Notes: generated by a model not told the origin, from the letters alone. Positions 7,940-18,257 are shown, counted from the stretch's first letter. The stretch: DNA of 32,000 nucleotides from Delftia acidovorans NBRC 14950 (GCF_001598795.1 NZ_BCZP01000001.1:270001-302000); one strand, 5' to 3'. Program-made: numbers and translations.

Positions 7940-9499
7940 ATGCGCGTGAATTTGCCCGTCAGCCAGCTCAACTACGACTTTCCGGGCGATGAGCTGCTGG
8001 TATCCGTCACCAACACCAAGGGCGAGATCACCCATTGCAACCCTGCCTTCGTGCGGGTCAGCGGCTATACCTACGAGGAGTTGATCGACCAGCCGCACAA
8101 CCTGATCCGCCACCCGGACATGCCGGCCGCCGCCTTCAAGGACATGTGGCGCACCATCGCCCACGGCTACCCGTGGACCGCCCTGGTCAAGAACCGGCGC
8201 AAGAACGGCGACCACTACTGGGTGCGCGCCAACGTCACGCCCATCATGGAAGGCGGCCGGCCACGCGGCTACCTGTCGGTGCGAACCAAGCCCCGGCCGG
8301 ACGAGATCGAGGCCGCCGAAGCCCTCTATGCCCGCATGCGCGCCGAAGCCGATGCCGGCCAGGAAACCCTGCGACTGCGCGGCGGTGAACTGCGCCGCCT
8401 GGGCCTGACAGGCCTGTGGGACCGCCGCAGCGACCTGGGCCTGACAGCCCGCATGGCGCTGATGCTGGGCGGCGTGGGCCTGGCCGCCATGCTGCCCGAC
8501 CTGCTGGGCTGGCAGGGCGCCGCAGCCTGGGGCACGCGCCTGGCCGCCTTGCTGGCGGGCGGCAGCTTTGTGCTGTGGCGCTTCCAGCAGCGCTGCGTGG
8601 CGGGCCTGGAGCAGGCCAGCGGCTTTGCCGCTGACATTGCCAGCTGCCAGCTGGGCACCAACATGCAGCACGACTACAGCGGCCCCATGGGCGCCCTGAT
8701 GCAGCGGCTGCAGCAAATCCAGATCAACCTGCGCGCCGTGGTCGGCGACGTGCGCACCGAAATGCGCGGCTTTGCCACCACCGCCCACGAGATCGCCCAG
8801 GGCAGCTTCGACCTCGCGCAGCGCACAGAATCCCAGGCCACCAGCCTTCAGCAGACGGCGGCCTCGATGGAAGAGATATCAGGCACCGTCGCGCAGACCG
8901 CCGACACGGCCCAGCTCATGGCCCATGAAAGCGACCAGAGCCGCCAGGTCGCGGGCAAGAGCGGCGCCGCCATCCAGGAAGTGGGCTCTGCCATGGAGCA
9001 CATCCGCGGCTCCTCGCGCCGCATGGGCGAGATCATCGGCGTCATCGAAAGCATTGCCTTCCAGACCAACCTGCTGGCCCTGAATGCCGCCGTCGAAGCG
9101 GCACGCGCAGGCGAGCAGGGCCGCGGCTTTGCCGTCGTGGCGGGCGAAGTGCGCGCCCTGGCCCAGCGCAGCGCCTCCGCCGCCAAGGAAATCAGCGGCC
9201 TCATCAACCGCACCGTGGACGGCATCAACGACGGCAACGCCCGCATGGACGCCGCAGGCCGCACCATCGACGGCATGGTCGACGCCGTGGGCCGCGTCAG
9301 CGACCTGGTCCACCAGATCAGCATCGCCACGCGCGAACAATCCGTAGGCATCGCCCAGGTCAACGACGCCGTGGCCCAGCTCGACTCCGTCACCCAGCAA
9401 AACGCCGCCCTGGTCGAGCAATCGGCCGGCGCGGCAGGCTCGCTGCGTGCCAGCGCCCAATCGCTGGAGCGGTCGCTGGAGGTGTTTACGTTGCGGTGA
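7940..9499 (+). CDS. Aer-like methyl-accepting chemotaxis protein (N-terminal PAS, membrane hairpin, HAMP-like linker, MCP signalling domain)
   Basis: From ORF 7874..9499. ATG 7940 has AAAGGAG 7 nt upstream. The PAS domain contains [23 protein letters not shown]...RHPDMP...[17 protein letters not shown]. The MCP hairpin contains [40 protein letters not shown]. Confidence 0.85.
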   Translation: MRVNLPVSQLNYDFPGDELLVSVTNTKGEITHCNPAFVRVSGYTYEELIDQPHNLIRHPDMPAAAFKDMWRTIAHGYPWTALVKNRRKNGDHYWVRANVTPIMEGGRPRGYLSVRTKPRPDEIEAAEALYARMRAEADAGQETLRLRGGELRRLGLTGLWDRRSDLGLTARMALMLGGVGLAAMLPDLLGWQGAAAWGTRLAALLAGGSFVLWRFQQRCVAGLEQASGFAADIASCQLGTNMQHDYSGPMGALMQRLQQIQINLRAVVGDVRTEMRGFATTAHEIAQGSFDLAQRTESQATSLQQTAASMEEISGTVAQTADTAQLMAHESDQSRQVAGKSGAAIQEVGSAMEHIRGSSRRMGEIIGVIESIAFQTNLLALNAAVEAARAGEQGRGFAVVAGEVRALAQRSASAAKEISGLINRTVDGINDGNARMDAAGRTIDGMVDAVGRVSDLVHQISIATREQSVGIAQVNDAVAQLDSVTQQNAALVEQSAGAAGSLRASAQSLERSLEVFTLR

Positions 9500-9521
9500 G
9501 GGGAAGGGCCGGCCGCCTCTT

Positions 9522-10370
9522 TTACTGCCGCGCCGAGCGCACGTTGGCCGGCAAGGAGCCAGGATGGCTGGTGCGGAACGGGTTGATGTCCAGGCCGCCA
9601 CGGCGCGTGTAGCGTGCGTAGACCGAGAGCTTGAGGGGGCGGCAGCGGGTCCAGATGTCCATGAAGATGCGTTCCACGCATTGCTCATGGAATTCGTTGT
9701 GGTTGCGGAAGCTCACCAGGTATTGCAGCAGGCCTTCCTGGTCGATCTGCGCGCCGCTGTAGCGGATCTGCACGCTGCCCCAGTCGGGCTGGCCCGTGAC
9801 CAGGCAGTTGCTCTTGAGCAGGTGGCTGACCAGGGTCTCGGTGACGGGGCCTTCTTCATGGTTGGCGCGCAGCAGCTCGGGGGCGGGCTGGTATTGCGTG
9901 CACTCCACATCCAGGCGGTCCAGCAGCAGGCCGTCGAGCTCCTGCACCATTTCCTGGTCGAAGCGGTCCAGGCCGATGATCTTCACGCCGATGCTGCCCT
10001 TTTGCTCGCTGCCGCGCCACAGCGCTTCGGCCAGGTCGGTGCGCAGGCGTGCCTGGACTTCGGCCGCGTCGGTCAGGCGGGTGTTGTTGAAGCTGTTGAG
10101 GTAGAGCTTGAAGGACTTGCTTTCGATGAGATTGGGGGTCTCGCAGGGAATCGTGAAATGCACGAGCGCCACCTGCGGCTTGCCGCGCAGGTTGAGCCAG
10201 GACAGCTCGAAGGCCGTCCACAGGTCGGCGCCGAAGAAGGGCATCTGGCTGCCCTGAATGCCGATTTCTTCGCGCTTGGGCGCGCGGGGCAGGGGGAACA
10301 GCAGCGAGGGGGCGTACTGGTCGATGTAGGCAGAGCTTTTGCCCAGCTGGGATTGTTCGGGAGTGTTCAT
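9522..10370 (-). CDS. queF: NADPH-dependent 7-cyano-7-deazaguanine (preQ0) reductase, two-domain type
   Basis: From ORF 9522..10484(-). The internal ATG 10370 ([13 protein letters not shown]...) aligns with the E. coli QueF N-terminus. Motifs include [32 protein letters not shown] and [16 protein letters not shown]. Confidence 0.9.
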   Translation of the reverse strand: MNTPEQSQLGKSSAYIDQYAPSLLFPLPRAPKREEIGIQGSQMPFFGADLWTAFELSWLNLRGKPQVALVHFTIPCETPNLIESKSFKLYLNSFNNTRLTDAAEVQARLRTDLAEALWRGSEQKGSIGVKIIGLDRFDQEMVQELDGLLLDRLDVECTQYQPAPELLRANHEEGPVTETLVSHLLKSNCLVTGQPDWGSVQIRYSGAQIDQEGLLQYLVSFRNHNEFHEQCVERIFMDIWTRCRPLKLSVYARYTRRGGLDINPFRTSHPGSLPANVRSARQ

Positions 10371-10526
10371 GGAAAAAGGGCCGGCGGTGCCGGCGCTGGT
10401 CAGGCCTGGACGGTCCGCGCGGAGCGCGTGGACCCAGGCTTTGAAGCTAACTGAATTTCCATGCCCGCAGGCATGGGCGGCCATATAAGGTCAATAAGGG
10501 TCGGTGCGCCCGGGTTCGCTGGCTAT

Positions 10527-11411
10527 TCAGTGGAATTCGCGCTCGCGCAGCCATTTGGTGGCGATCCATTTTTCGCCGGCCAGCACGGGCGCGCCGCCGT
10601 GCAGGGTACGCGTGGAGGGGTCGGGGCGCCCATAGCTGAAGAAGACGGCGTTGCCCCGGCGCGGCACGACTTGCAGCGGCACTTCGGGAAAGATGGTGGC
10701 GCCGCCGCGCTCGGGCTCGTTCAGGTAGATGACCAGGGTGCCCACGCGCTGGCCGCCGCGCTTGAGGATGGTGGGCGTGCCGGGTTCGCCGGGCGCGAAG
10801 TAGTCGTGGTGGGGCTTGTATTCGGCGCCCGGGCCGTAGTGCAGCACCTGCAGGCCTTCGCCATGGTCCAGCGGCCAGCGCAACAGGCGGGCGATGCGTT
10901 CTTCCAGCTGGCTGACGATGCCGGTTTCCCCGCGCTGGAAGAACATGCCGTTGCTGGTTCGGTCGTCATTGATCTCTTCGCCGCCGCTTTGCGTGGCCAC
11001 GGTGAGCGAGCGCGCCATGCACGGGCGTGCGGCAGCGATGATGGCTTCGCACTCCTCATGCGAGAGCAGGTTGCCGAAGACCACGATGCGCGGGTTGCGC
11101 ATGCTGACCAGCACCTGGACCTGGCGGTCGCCGACATCGATGCTGCTGGGGTCCTGGGCAAGGTCCGGTTCGGGCAGGCTCGAGGCCGAGACGACGACGG
11201 CCGGTGGCGACACCTCGCCCTGTTCGGGCAGGTCCAGCGCCCGCCTTGCCAGTTCTTCGCTCCAGCCCACGTCGCGCATGGAGCGCAGCAGGGCCGCAGG
11301 CCCTATGCCGGATGCGCGCTGGTCGCGCACCCATTGCATGAGTTCAGGCGTGAGACCGACGGGCAGGTCCTGCGCGGTGGTCTGGGAATCTGGTGAGGAT
11401 TTGAGGCTCAT
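10527..11411 (-). CDS. 2OG-Fe(II) oxygenase, prolyl 4-hydroxylase-like, with an N-terminal extension of about 85 aa
   Basis: The P4Hc-like core has H-x-D (KPHHDYF), a distal His (LHGGAPV) and a 2OG-binding Lys (KWIATKW). Confidence 0.8.
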   Translation of the reverse strand: MSLKSSPDSQTTAQDLPVGLTPELMQWVRDQRASGIGPAALLRSMRDVGWSEELARRALDLPEQGEVSPPAVVVSASSLPEPDLAQDPSSIDVGDRQVQVLVSMRNPRIVVFGNLLSHEECEAIIAAARPCMARSLTVATQSGGEEINDDRTSNGMFFQRGETGIVSQLEERIARLLRWPLDHGEGLQVLHYGPGAEYKPHHDYFAPGEPGTPTILKRGGQRVGTLVIYLNEPERGGATIFPEVPLQVVPRRGNAVFFSYGRPDPSTRTLHGGAPVLAGEKWIATKWLREREFH

Positions 11412-11491
11412 GGCGTGCAGTGCGGCCCTTGCCGCAGTGAATGGACTCCAAAGGCATCGAGGCCGGGGCCGGCCGGTGGGGCCGGCGAGGC

Positions 11492-12277
11492 TCAGTCAGC
11501 GGTCTTGCGGCGGAACACCAGGCGCGCAGGCGTCGAGGAAGCTGGCGCCAGCGCGTAGCCCTCCAGATCGAAGGCTTCGAGTTCAGCCGCGCTGCGAGCA
11601 CGTCGTTGTATGGCAAATCGTGCCATCAGCCCGCGCGCACGTTTGGCATGAAAGCTGATGATCTTGTAGGCGCCGTTCTTGTAATCCTCGAATGCGCATT
11701 CCACCACCGGGGGCTTGAGGTGCTTCAAGTCTACCGATTTGAAGTATTCCTGCGAAGCCAGGTTGACGATGACGCGCTCGCCCGCCGGCTGCTTGGCCGC
11801 GCGCTGGTTCAGGTGCTCGGCAATGCGGCTGCCCCAGAACTGGTAGAGGTTGCTGCCATGCGCGGTTTCCAGCCGCGTGCCCATTTCCAGGCGGTAGGGC
11901 TGCATGCGGTCCAGCGGGCGCAGCACGCCGTACAGGCCGCTGAGGATGGCCAGGTGCTGCTGGGCCCAGTCCAGGTCCTCGGCATCCAGGCTGCGTGCCT
12001 GCAGGCCCTCGTAGACATCGCCGTTGAAGGCGAGCAGCGCCTGCCGGGCGTTGGTGGCCGTGAAGCGTGGGCTGAAGGCCTCGTAGCGCGCCACGTTGAG
12101 CGCGGCCAGCTTGTCGCTGATACCCATCAGTTCCGATAGTTGCTGGGGCGACTGGCGGCGCAGCACTTCGATCAGCTCCAGCGGCTGCTCGGAGAAGACG
12201 GGCAGCGTGTGCGGCAGTTTCGGGGGCAGTGGGGTGTCGTAGTCCAGCGATTTGGCGGGGGAGAGCAGCAACAGCAT
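11492..12277 (-). CDS. yaaA: Peroxide stress protein YaaA (UPF0246 / DUF328)
   Basis: From ORF 11492..12355(-). ATG 12277 gives MLLLLSPAKSLDYDTP, the hallmark YaaA N-terminus. Confidence 0.9.
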   Translation of the reverse strand: MLLLLSPAKSLDYDTPLPPKLPHTLPVFSEQPLELIEVLRRQSPQQLSELMGISDKLAALNVARYEAFSPRFTATNARQALLAFNGDVYEGLQARSLDAEDLDWAQQHLAILSGLYGVLRPLDRMQPYRLEMGTRLETAHGSNLYQFWGSRIAEHLNQRAAKQPAGERVIVNLASQEYFKSVDLKHLKPPVVECAFEDYKNGAYKIISFHAKRARGLMARFAIQRRARSAAELEAFDLEGYALAPASSTPARLVFRRKTAD

Positions 12278-12347
12278 GGCGGGACGGAAGCTCCTGGAAA
12301 GAGGTGGACGGAAGGCGTGGGGAGACGTATGAGGTGAGGGCGGAGGC

Positions 12348-12378
12348 GGAAACAAACAGGGGCCGCGAGGGCCCCTGT
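12348..12378 (-). terminator. Intrinsic terminator downstream of rne
   Basis: A 9-bp GC stem (12356..12364 pairs with 12370..12378) with a 5-nt loop. On the minus strand it is followed by TTGTTTCC. It starts 17 nt after the rne stop. Confidence 0.6.
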
Positions 12379-12395
12379 GTTGTCACTGTCTGTGG

Positions 12396-15300
12396 TCAGA
12401 CCTGGGCCGCGCCCTGTGGCTGCGGCTGCTGCTCGAACGGCAGTTGCAGCTCGCTGAGGTCCTTGCGTGTTTCCACGAGGATCAGCGGGCCGTCATCCAG
12501 AGCGATCACGGGCGGGCGCTCGCGCACGACGCGCTCGGGCTGCGGTTCGGCGGCGATGGCTGCCTGGGCTGCCGCCACCTTGTCGGCATCGGAGCCCACC
12601 CATTGCAGACCCGAAGCGGCGGCCAGCGCCTGCAGCTCGGACATGGGCAACTGGTAGGCCTGGACCTTGGGCAGGCCGCGTTCGGCGGTTGCTTCAACGG
12701 CCTTGGCTGCTGCGGGCGCGACTGCCACTGCGGCAGGAGCGGCCACGGGTGCAGGTGCTGCCACGGGTGCCACCACGGGGGCGGGTGCGACCGGCGCGGG
12801 GGTCACCGCAGCCACGGGCACGGGAGCGGCAACCTGCTGCTCGGGCACGGGGGCCGCGACGGGTTGCTGCACCGCTTGGGCTGCTGCAGCTGCTGCGGGC
12901 TGCGCAGGCACTTGCGCTTCGGCCATGGCTTCAGGAGCCTGGGCTTCGGCGGCAGGGCTGGCTGCGTTGAAGTAGCTGCGGCGGGCAGGCTGGTCCTGCT
13001 CGGGAGCGGCGGCTTCGAAGGATTGGACGGCTTCGCCCTCCGCTTCGCGCGGTGCGCGCTCTGCACGGTCACCGCGATCGCCACGCTCGCGGCGGTCACG
13101 GCCATAGCGGTCGCGCGAACGGCGCTGGCGCGGCTGCTCTTCGCCGGAGGCGGGGGCAGCGTTGTCCAGGGACGGGTCCTGTTGCTGGGCCTGGTTGTCC
13201 AGGTTCTCTTCGGTCTCGGGAGCGACTTCGAACTGGCGGGGCTGGCGCTCGCTGCGTTCGGCGCGTTCACCACGTTCACCGCGCTCGCCACGTTCGCGGC
13301 GACCTTCACCGCGCTCCTGGCGCTCGCCACGCGGGGCGCGCTCGGGACGCTGCTCGATGGTGCTGCCATCTGCAGCGACAGCGGCCACGCCGTTCACGGC
13401 TTCCAGCGGCTGGCGGTTTTCACCGTCACGGCTGCGTTCACCACGGCCACGGCGTTCGCCGCGGTCGGCGCGCTCACCGCGCTCGCCACGATCCGGGCGC
13501 TCTCCACGCTCCGGGCGTTCACCGCGTTCAGTGCGCTCACCACGCTCGGCATTGCGGCGGTTGCGATCACCGTTGCCGGCCTGGCGTTCGGCATTGGGGG
13601 CGCCAGCGCGCTCGCCATTGCGCTCCGAGCGCTCGCCACGCTCACCATTGCGTTCGTTGCGGCGGCCACGGTTGTCGTTGCGGCCATCACGGCGTGCTTC
13701 GCGAGCGGGGGCTTCGGCGGCCGGAGCGGGCGCTGCGACCGGTGCAGGTGCCGCGCTAAAGCCGAACAGGCTCTTGAGCCAGGCAAAGAAGCCTTGCTCG
13801 CGTACCACGACGGGGGCGACGGCCGGTGCGGGCGCTGCAGCGGTTGCCGCAGGCTTGGCATCGCGCTGCTGGCCGTTGGCCGGGCGGTTGCGGCTGCCTT
13901 CGGGACGGGGCTCGGCGATGGGGGCCGGCATGTCGGGCAGCACGCCCTTGATCATGGGCGTCTGCTTGTTGGTGGGCTCCTGCGAGCGGCGCGTCACCGT
14001 GGTTTCCGCGTCCAGCTCCTCGGCCAGCTTGTAGCTGGCTTCCATGCTTTCCAGACGCACGTCGTCGTGCTTGAGGCGCTCGAGCTTGTAGTGCGGCGTG
14101 TCCATGGACTTGTTGGGAACCATGATCACGTTGACGCGCTGCTTGAGTTCGATCTTGGTGATCTCGCCGCGCTTTTCGTTGAGCAGGAAGCTGGCCACTT
14201 CCACGGGCACCTGGCAGTGCACGGCGGCCGTGTTGTCCTTCATGGACTCTTCCTGGATGATGCGCAGGATCTGCAGCGCCGAGCTTTCCGTGTCACGCAC
14301 GTGGCCGGAGCCACCGCAGCGCGGGCAGTTGATGTGCGCGCCTTCGGACAGGGCGGGCTTGAGGCGCTGGCGGCTCATCTCCATGAGGCCGAACTTGCTG
14401 ATGGTGCCGAACTGCACGCGGGCACGGTCCTGGCGCAGCGCGTCGCGCAGGCGGTTCTCGACCTCGCGGCGGTTCTTGCTCTCCTCCATGTCGATGAAGT
14501 CGATGACGATCAGGCCGCCCAGGTCACGCAGGCGCATCTGGCGCGCGACTTCGTCGGCGGCTTCCAGGTTGGTGCGTGTGGCGGTTTCCTCGATGTCGCC
14601 GCCCTTGATGGCGCGGGCCGAGTTCACGTCGATGGAGACCAGCGCTTCGGTGTGGTCGATGACGATGGCGCCGCCCGAGGGCAGGGTCACGGTGCGCGCG
14701 TAGGCCGATTCGATCTGATGCTCGATCTGGAAGCGGCTGAACAGCGGGGCGTCGTCACGGTAGCGTTTGACGCGCGCGGCATGCTCGGGCATGACGTGCT
14801 GCATGAACTGCTGCGCCTGCTCGTAGATGTCGTCGGTGTCGATGAGGATGTCGCCGATGTCGCCATTGAAGTAGTCGCGGATGGCGCGGATCACCAGGCT
14901 CGATTCCTGGTAGATCAGGAAGGCGCCCTTGGCCGACTTGGCGGCGCCATCGATGGCGTTCCACAGCTTGAGCAGGTAGTTCAGGTCCCACTGCAGCTCG
15001 GGCGCAGTGCGGCCGATGCCGGCGGTGCGCGCAATGATGGACATGCCCTTGGGGTACTCAAGCTGGTCCATCGCCTCCTTGAGTTCGGCACGGTCCTCGC
15101 CCTCGATGCGGCGCGAGACGCCACCGCCGCGGGGGTTGTTGGGCATCAGCACCACGTAGCGGCCAGCCAGCGAGATGAAGGTGGTCAGGGCCGCGCCCTT
15201 GTTGCCGCGCTCTTCCTTCTCGACCTGGACGATCAGTTCCTGGCCTTCGCGGATGACTTCGTTGATGCGGGCCTGGCTGGGGGAGACGCCTTCGGCGAAA

Positions 15301-15530
15301 TACTGCTTGGAGATTTCCTTGAAGGGCAGGAAGCCGTGGCGGTCCTCGCCGTAATCGACGAAGCAGGCCTCGAGGCTGGGCTCCACGCGCGTGACCACAG
15401 CCTTGTAGATGTTGCCCTTGCGCTGCTCGCGCCCTTCGATTTCGATTTCGTAGTCGAGCAGCTTCTGGCCATCGACGATGGCAAGGCGACGTTCTTCCGA
15501 CTGCGTGGCGTTGATGAGCATCCGTTTCAT
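12396..15530 (-). CDS. rne: Ribonuclease E
   Basis: 1044 aa. It has an S1 domain ([20 protein letters not shown]...[23 protein letters not shown]), a DNase-I-like catalytic core (IDFIDM), a Zn-link CPRCGGSG, and a long low-complexity C-terminal half. AAGGA precedes the ATG. Confidence 0.95.
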   Translation of the reverse strand: MKRMLINATQSEERRLAIVDGQKLLDYEIEIEGREQRKGNIYKAVVTRVEPSLEACFVDYGEDRHGFLPFKEISKQYFAEGVSPSQARINEVIREGQELIVQVEKEERGNKGAALTTFISLAGRYVVLMPNNPRGGGVSRRIEGEDRAELKEAMDQLEYPKGMSIIARTAGIGRTAPELQWDLNYLLKLWNAIDGAAKSAKGAFLIYQESSLVIRAIRDYFNGDIGDILIDTDDIYEQAQQFMQHVMPEHAARVKRYRDDAPLFSRFQIEHQIESAYARTVTLPSGGAIVIDHTEALVSIDVNSARAIKGGDIEETATRTNLEAADEVARQMRLRDLGGLIVIDFIDMEESKNRREVENRLRDALRQDRARVQFGTISKFGLMEMSRQRLKPALSEGAHINCPRCGGSGHVRDTESSALQILRIIQEESMKDNTAAVHCQVPVEVASFLLNEKRGEITKIELKQRVNVIMVPNKSMDTPHYKLERLKHDDVRLESMEASYKLAEELDAETTVTRRSQEPTNKQTPMIKGVLPDMPAPIAEPRPEGSRNRPANGQQRDAKPAATAAAPAPAVAPVVVREQGFFAWLKSLFGFSAAPAPVAAPAPAAEAPAREARRDGRNDNRGRRNERNGERGERSERNGERAGAPNAERQAGNGDRNRRNAERGERTERGERPERGERPDRGERGERADRGERRGRGERSRDGENRQPLEAVNGVAAVAADGSTIEQRPERAPRGERQERGEGRRERGERGERGERAERSERQPRQFEVAPETEENLDNQAQQQDPSLDNAAPASGEEQPRQRRSRDRYGRDRRERGDRGDRAERAPREAEGEAVQSFEAAAPEQDQPARRSYFNAASPAAEAQAPEAMAEAQVPAQPAAAAAAQAVQQPVAAPVPEQQVAAPVPVAAVTPAPVAPAPVVAPVAAPAPVAAPAAVAVAPAAAKAVEATAERGLPKVQAYQLPMSELQALAAASGLQWVGSDADKVAAAQAAIAAEPQPERVVRERPPVIALDDGPLILVETRKDLSELQLPFEQQPQPQGAAQV
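13053..13706 (-). repeat. Degenerate Arg/Glu/Gly-rich (RGER-type) coding repeats in the RNase E C-terminal half
   Basis: The 12-mer gcgctcgccacg (minus strand CGTGGCGAGCGC, encoding R-G-E-R) occurs exactly at 13281, 13320, 13479 and 13629, among many near copies. The protein reads ...[38 protein letters not shown]... Confidence 0.85.
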
Positions 15531-16122
15531 GATGCGTTTCCTTTATTCGTTTTCTCTGGGGCGCGCCGGAGTGCAGCCTCTGCTGCCAGACCGTCACGCC
15601 TTTGACTTGTAATCAAAGACAGGCTCGCGAGGGAGCCGAGATGCCGGACTGACGCGTCGAAACGAAAGGAATCGCCGGATGCCTTGATGCTTGAGACCTG
15701 GCTCAAGTCAGCAATGGGGGCAAGGGCAGGGGGACGAGAGCGATGAGAGAGGCACGCCGTCCAGCTTCAAGCGAAGCTGCTGCACGTGCGGGGCAGGCGG
15801 GAGGCTTGGGGGCGGCAATGATCCTGGGCGCAGGCGTTTTCCTGCTCCACAGCGTGACCATCCATGCCCAAAAGATCCACATGCTCGCTTTTGATCCGCT
15901 GGCAGCGGTGGACGCCGGGTCCGACCCCTTCTGCCAGCTTGAGATTCCGTATCAGTGTTTCAATTCGTCAGCCACAACCGATGCAACGACGAACTTCGCA
16001 GGCCATCTTTTCCTGCTGTTTCGCGTGCATGACACCGGATGGCATCGACCTGCCTGTGCGGGGAAATGGTTGTTTGGACTAAACTCCATGAGAATCAACC
16101 ACTTATAAATAGTTCGGCACAG
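15531..16122 (-). promoter_or_regulatory. rne-rluC divergent control region, presumably containing a long structured rne 5' leader
   Basis: This is about 590 nt without a credible ORF and with lower GC than its flanks. Several perfect hairpins are present: 15600..15618, 15690..15707 and 15762..15779. In E. coli, rne has a 361-nt autoregulatory leader in the same divergent arrangement with rluC. Confidence 0.4.
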
Positions 16123-17127
16123 GTGAAACACATTATAGAGGGCAAACCGGCAGACGACCGTTCCCTGAACGCAGCCACTGCCGCAGTGCGGCTGATCGAA
16201 GTCGATGACGATTCGGCCGGGCAGCGGTTGGACAACTTTCTCATACGCCATCTCAAGGGCGTTCCCAAGACCCATGTCTATCGCATCATCCGCAGTGGAG
16301 AAGTGCGCATCAACAAAGGGCGCGTCAGTGCGGAAACCCGCGTTTCGACCGGTGATATCGTCCGCATACCGCCCGTGCGCATTTCAGAAAAAGTCGCCGA
16401 AAAGGCCGAGCGGCCAGCGCCAGCCAGGGATTTCCCCAGTCTGCTGGAAGACGAGCACCTGATCGCCATCGACAAGCCCGCCGGTGTGGCTGTGCATGGC
16501 GGCTCGGGTGTGAGTTTTGGTGTCATCGAGCAACTGCGCCAGGCGCGGCCGCAAAGCCGCTTTCTGGAGCTGGTGCATCGGCTCGACCGCGAGACATCCG
16601 GCATCTTGCTGGTGGCCAAGAAGCGCTCGGCGCTGACGCATCTGCAGGACCAGTTCCGCGAGCGCGAAACCGGCAAGACCTACCTGGCCCTGGTCCAGGG
16701 CACCTGGCCGGCCAACCACAAGGTGATTGATCTGCCGCTGCACAAATACCTGCAGGCCGACGGCGAACGCCGCGTGCGGGTGACCACGGCCGATGATCCT
16801 GACGGCATGCGTTCCGTCACGCTGGTGCGCGTTCGCAGCACGCTGGCGCCTCAGCCCCTGCTGGGACTGCCGGCCATGAGCCTGCTGGAGGTGACCATCA
16901 AGACCGGGCGCACGCACCAGATCCGCGTGCACCTGTCCAGCCAGGGGCACCCGATTGCGGGCGATGACAAATATGGCGACTTCGACCTGAACCGACGCCT
17001 GCAGAAGCAGGGGCTCAAACGCATGTTCCTGCACGCATGGCGGCTACAGTTCACCCACCCGGCCAGTGGCGAGCGGGTGGAGCTGCGCGCCGAGCTTCCC
17101 GAAGAACTGGCCCGTTTCGCCGGCTGA
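16123..17127 (+). CDS. rluC: 23S rRNA pseudouridine synthase RluC (RluA family with S4 domain)
   Basis: From ORF 16039..17127. It has an S4 domain (GQRLDNFLIRHLKGVPKTHVYRIIRSGEVRINKGRV) and the catalytic motif HRLDRETSGILLVAKK. The first 28 codons of the ORF are AT-rich and look non-coding, so GTG 16123 is preferred. The start is uncertain. Confidence 0.85.
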   Translation: MKHIIEGKPADDRSLNAATAAVRLIEVDDDSAGQRLDNFLIRHLKGVPKTHVYRIIRSGEVRINKGRVSAETRVSTGDIVRIPPVRISEKVAEKAERPAPARDFPSLLEDEHLIAIDKPAGVAVHGGSGVSFGVIEQLRQARPQSRFLELVHRLDRETSGILLVAKKRSALTHLQDQFRERETGKTYLALVQGTWPANHKVIDLPLHKYLQADGERRVRVTTADDPDGMRSVTLVRVRSTLAPQPLLGLPAMSLLEVTIKTGRTHQIRVHLSSQGHPIAGDDKYGDFDLNRRLQKQGLKRMFLHAWRLQFTHPASGERVELRAELPEELARFAG

Positions 17128-17151
17128 CGCTGGCTCTGACTCCTTGTAGAT

Positions 17152-17838
17152 ATGACAAATCCTGGTTCTTCCGAGATGCACCGTGCGCGCCGCTTCGATC
17201 TCATTGCCTTCGACTGGGATGGGACGCTGTCGGATTCCACCGCGGTGATCGTCAAGTGCATTCAGGCGGCCGTGGCCGATGTGGGGGGCACGCCTCCCAG
17301 CGATGAGGCGGCGTCCTATGTGATCGGCATGGCGCTGATGCCCGCATTGGCGCGTGCAGCTCCCGATGTGCCGCCCGAAAAATACCCCGAGCTGGGCAAC
17401 CGCTATCGCCACCATTTCATCAAGCACCAGGACGACATCAGCCTGTTCGCCGGCGTGCTGCCCATGCTGGCGGCGCTGCGCGAGCGAGGGCACCTGCTGG
17501 CCGTGGCCACGGGCAAGAGCCGCCGTGGTCTGAACGATGCGCTGCAGGACCCGCAGCTGCGCGGCATGTTCGACAGCTCGCGCACGGCGGACGAGACCGC
17601 CGGCAAGCCGAATCCGCTGATGCTGCAGGAGCTGATGGCCGAATTTGGTGCGGACCCTTCGCGGGTGCTGATGATCGGCGACACCACGCACGACCTGGAA
17701 CTGGCCCGCAATGCAGGCTGTGCCAGCGTGGGCGTGGGCTATGGCGCGCATCCCACCGACGGCTTTGGCGTGCTGAAGCCGTTGCATGTGGCGCAGAGTG
17801 TTGCGGATTTGCATCAGTGGCTGTTGGCCCATGGCTGA
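17152..17838 (+). CDS. HAD-superfamily hydrolase, phosphoglycolate-phosphatase-like
   Basis: HAD motifs are present: FDWDGTL (DxDxT), ATGKSR and K...GDTTHD. ATG 17176 is an alternative start. Confidence 0.8.
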   Translation: MTNPGSSEMHRARRFDLIAFDWDGTLSDSTAVIVKCIQAAVADVGGTPPSDEAASYVIGMALMPALARAAPDVPPEKYPELGNRYRHHFIKHQDDISLFAGVLPMLAALRERGHLLAVATGKSRRGLNDALQDPQLRGMFDSSRTADETAGKPNPLMLQELMAEFGADPSRVLMIGDTTHDLELARNAGCASVGVGYGAHPTDGFGVLKPLHVAQSVADLHQWLLAHG

Positions 17839-17881
17839 GTCGTCATGCCCGCGTCAGCGCGTTGATTCATGCTCGTGAGGT

Positions 17882-18256
17882 GTGCCGTTGACCGTTGAAC
17901 GCATCGTTCTGTGCGCCAGCGATGCCCTGCAGGAAGGGGCGAATGCCGTGCCTTTCGACGTGGTCTACGCGGGTCATGCCTGCCGCGCATTCGCCATCCG
18001 CTTCGAGGGACAGGTGCATGCCTATCTGAATCGCTGCACCCATGTGGCCATGGAGATGGACTACCAGCCGGACCGCTTTTTCGATGACACCGGACGCTGG
18101 CTGCTGTGCGCCACCCATGGAGCGGCCTACGCGCCCGACAGCGGCGCCTGCGCTGGCGGGCCCTGCCGTGGCGGCCTTGTGAAAATCTCCCTGAGCGAAA
18201 GCGCGGGGGTGGTGCACTGGCATACTGCCGATAACCTGAAACCCGTCGAGTTCTGA
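17882..18256 (+). CDS. Small Rieske [2Fe-2S] domain protein
   Basis: It has C-T-H ... C-A-T-H (NRCTHVAMEMD...LLCATHGAAY) with Rieske spacing. The start is GTG 17882 or TTG 17888 (GAGG at 17877..17880). Confidence 0.75.
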   Translation: MPLTVERIVLCASDALQEGANAVPFDVVYAGHACRAFAIRFEGQVHAYLNRCTHVAMEMDYQPDRFFDDTGRWLLCATHGAAYAPDSGACAGGPCRGGLVKISLSESAGVVHWHTADNLKPVEF

Positions 18257-18257
18257 C

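Noticed and set aside
9500-9521. Possible bidirectional terminator between the convergent MCP gene and queF
   Set aside because: Only GAGG/CCTC pairs around a GGCCGGCC palindrome, with no workable loop. The structure is too weak to call.
10371-10526. Possible preQ1 riboswitch upstream of queF
   Set aside because: There is no small hairpin plus A-rich tail resembling preQ1-I. The region is GC-rich and does not fit what I remember of classes II and III. I kept it only as a generic hairpin observation.
13053-13706. Repetitive DNA that could be mistaken for a CRISPR array or VNTR
   Set aside because: The repeats are degenerate, contiguous without spacers, and in frame within rne, where they encode RGER-type low-complexity protein.
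12444-15605. 1053-aa ORF on the plus strand
   Set aside because: It is exactly antisense to rne. Its low-complexity composition mirrors the rne codons, so it is a GC-driven artefact.
15743-16275. ORFs 15743..16108(+) and 15952..16275(-) in the rne-rluC spacer
   Set aside because: They have atypical composition and low GC3. They overlap each other and the rluC start, and there are no motifs. I treated the region as non-coding leader/promoter DNA.
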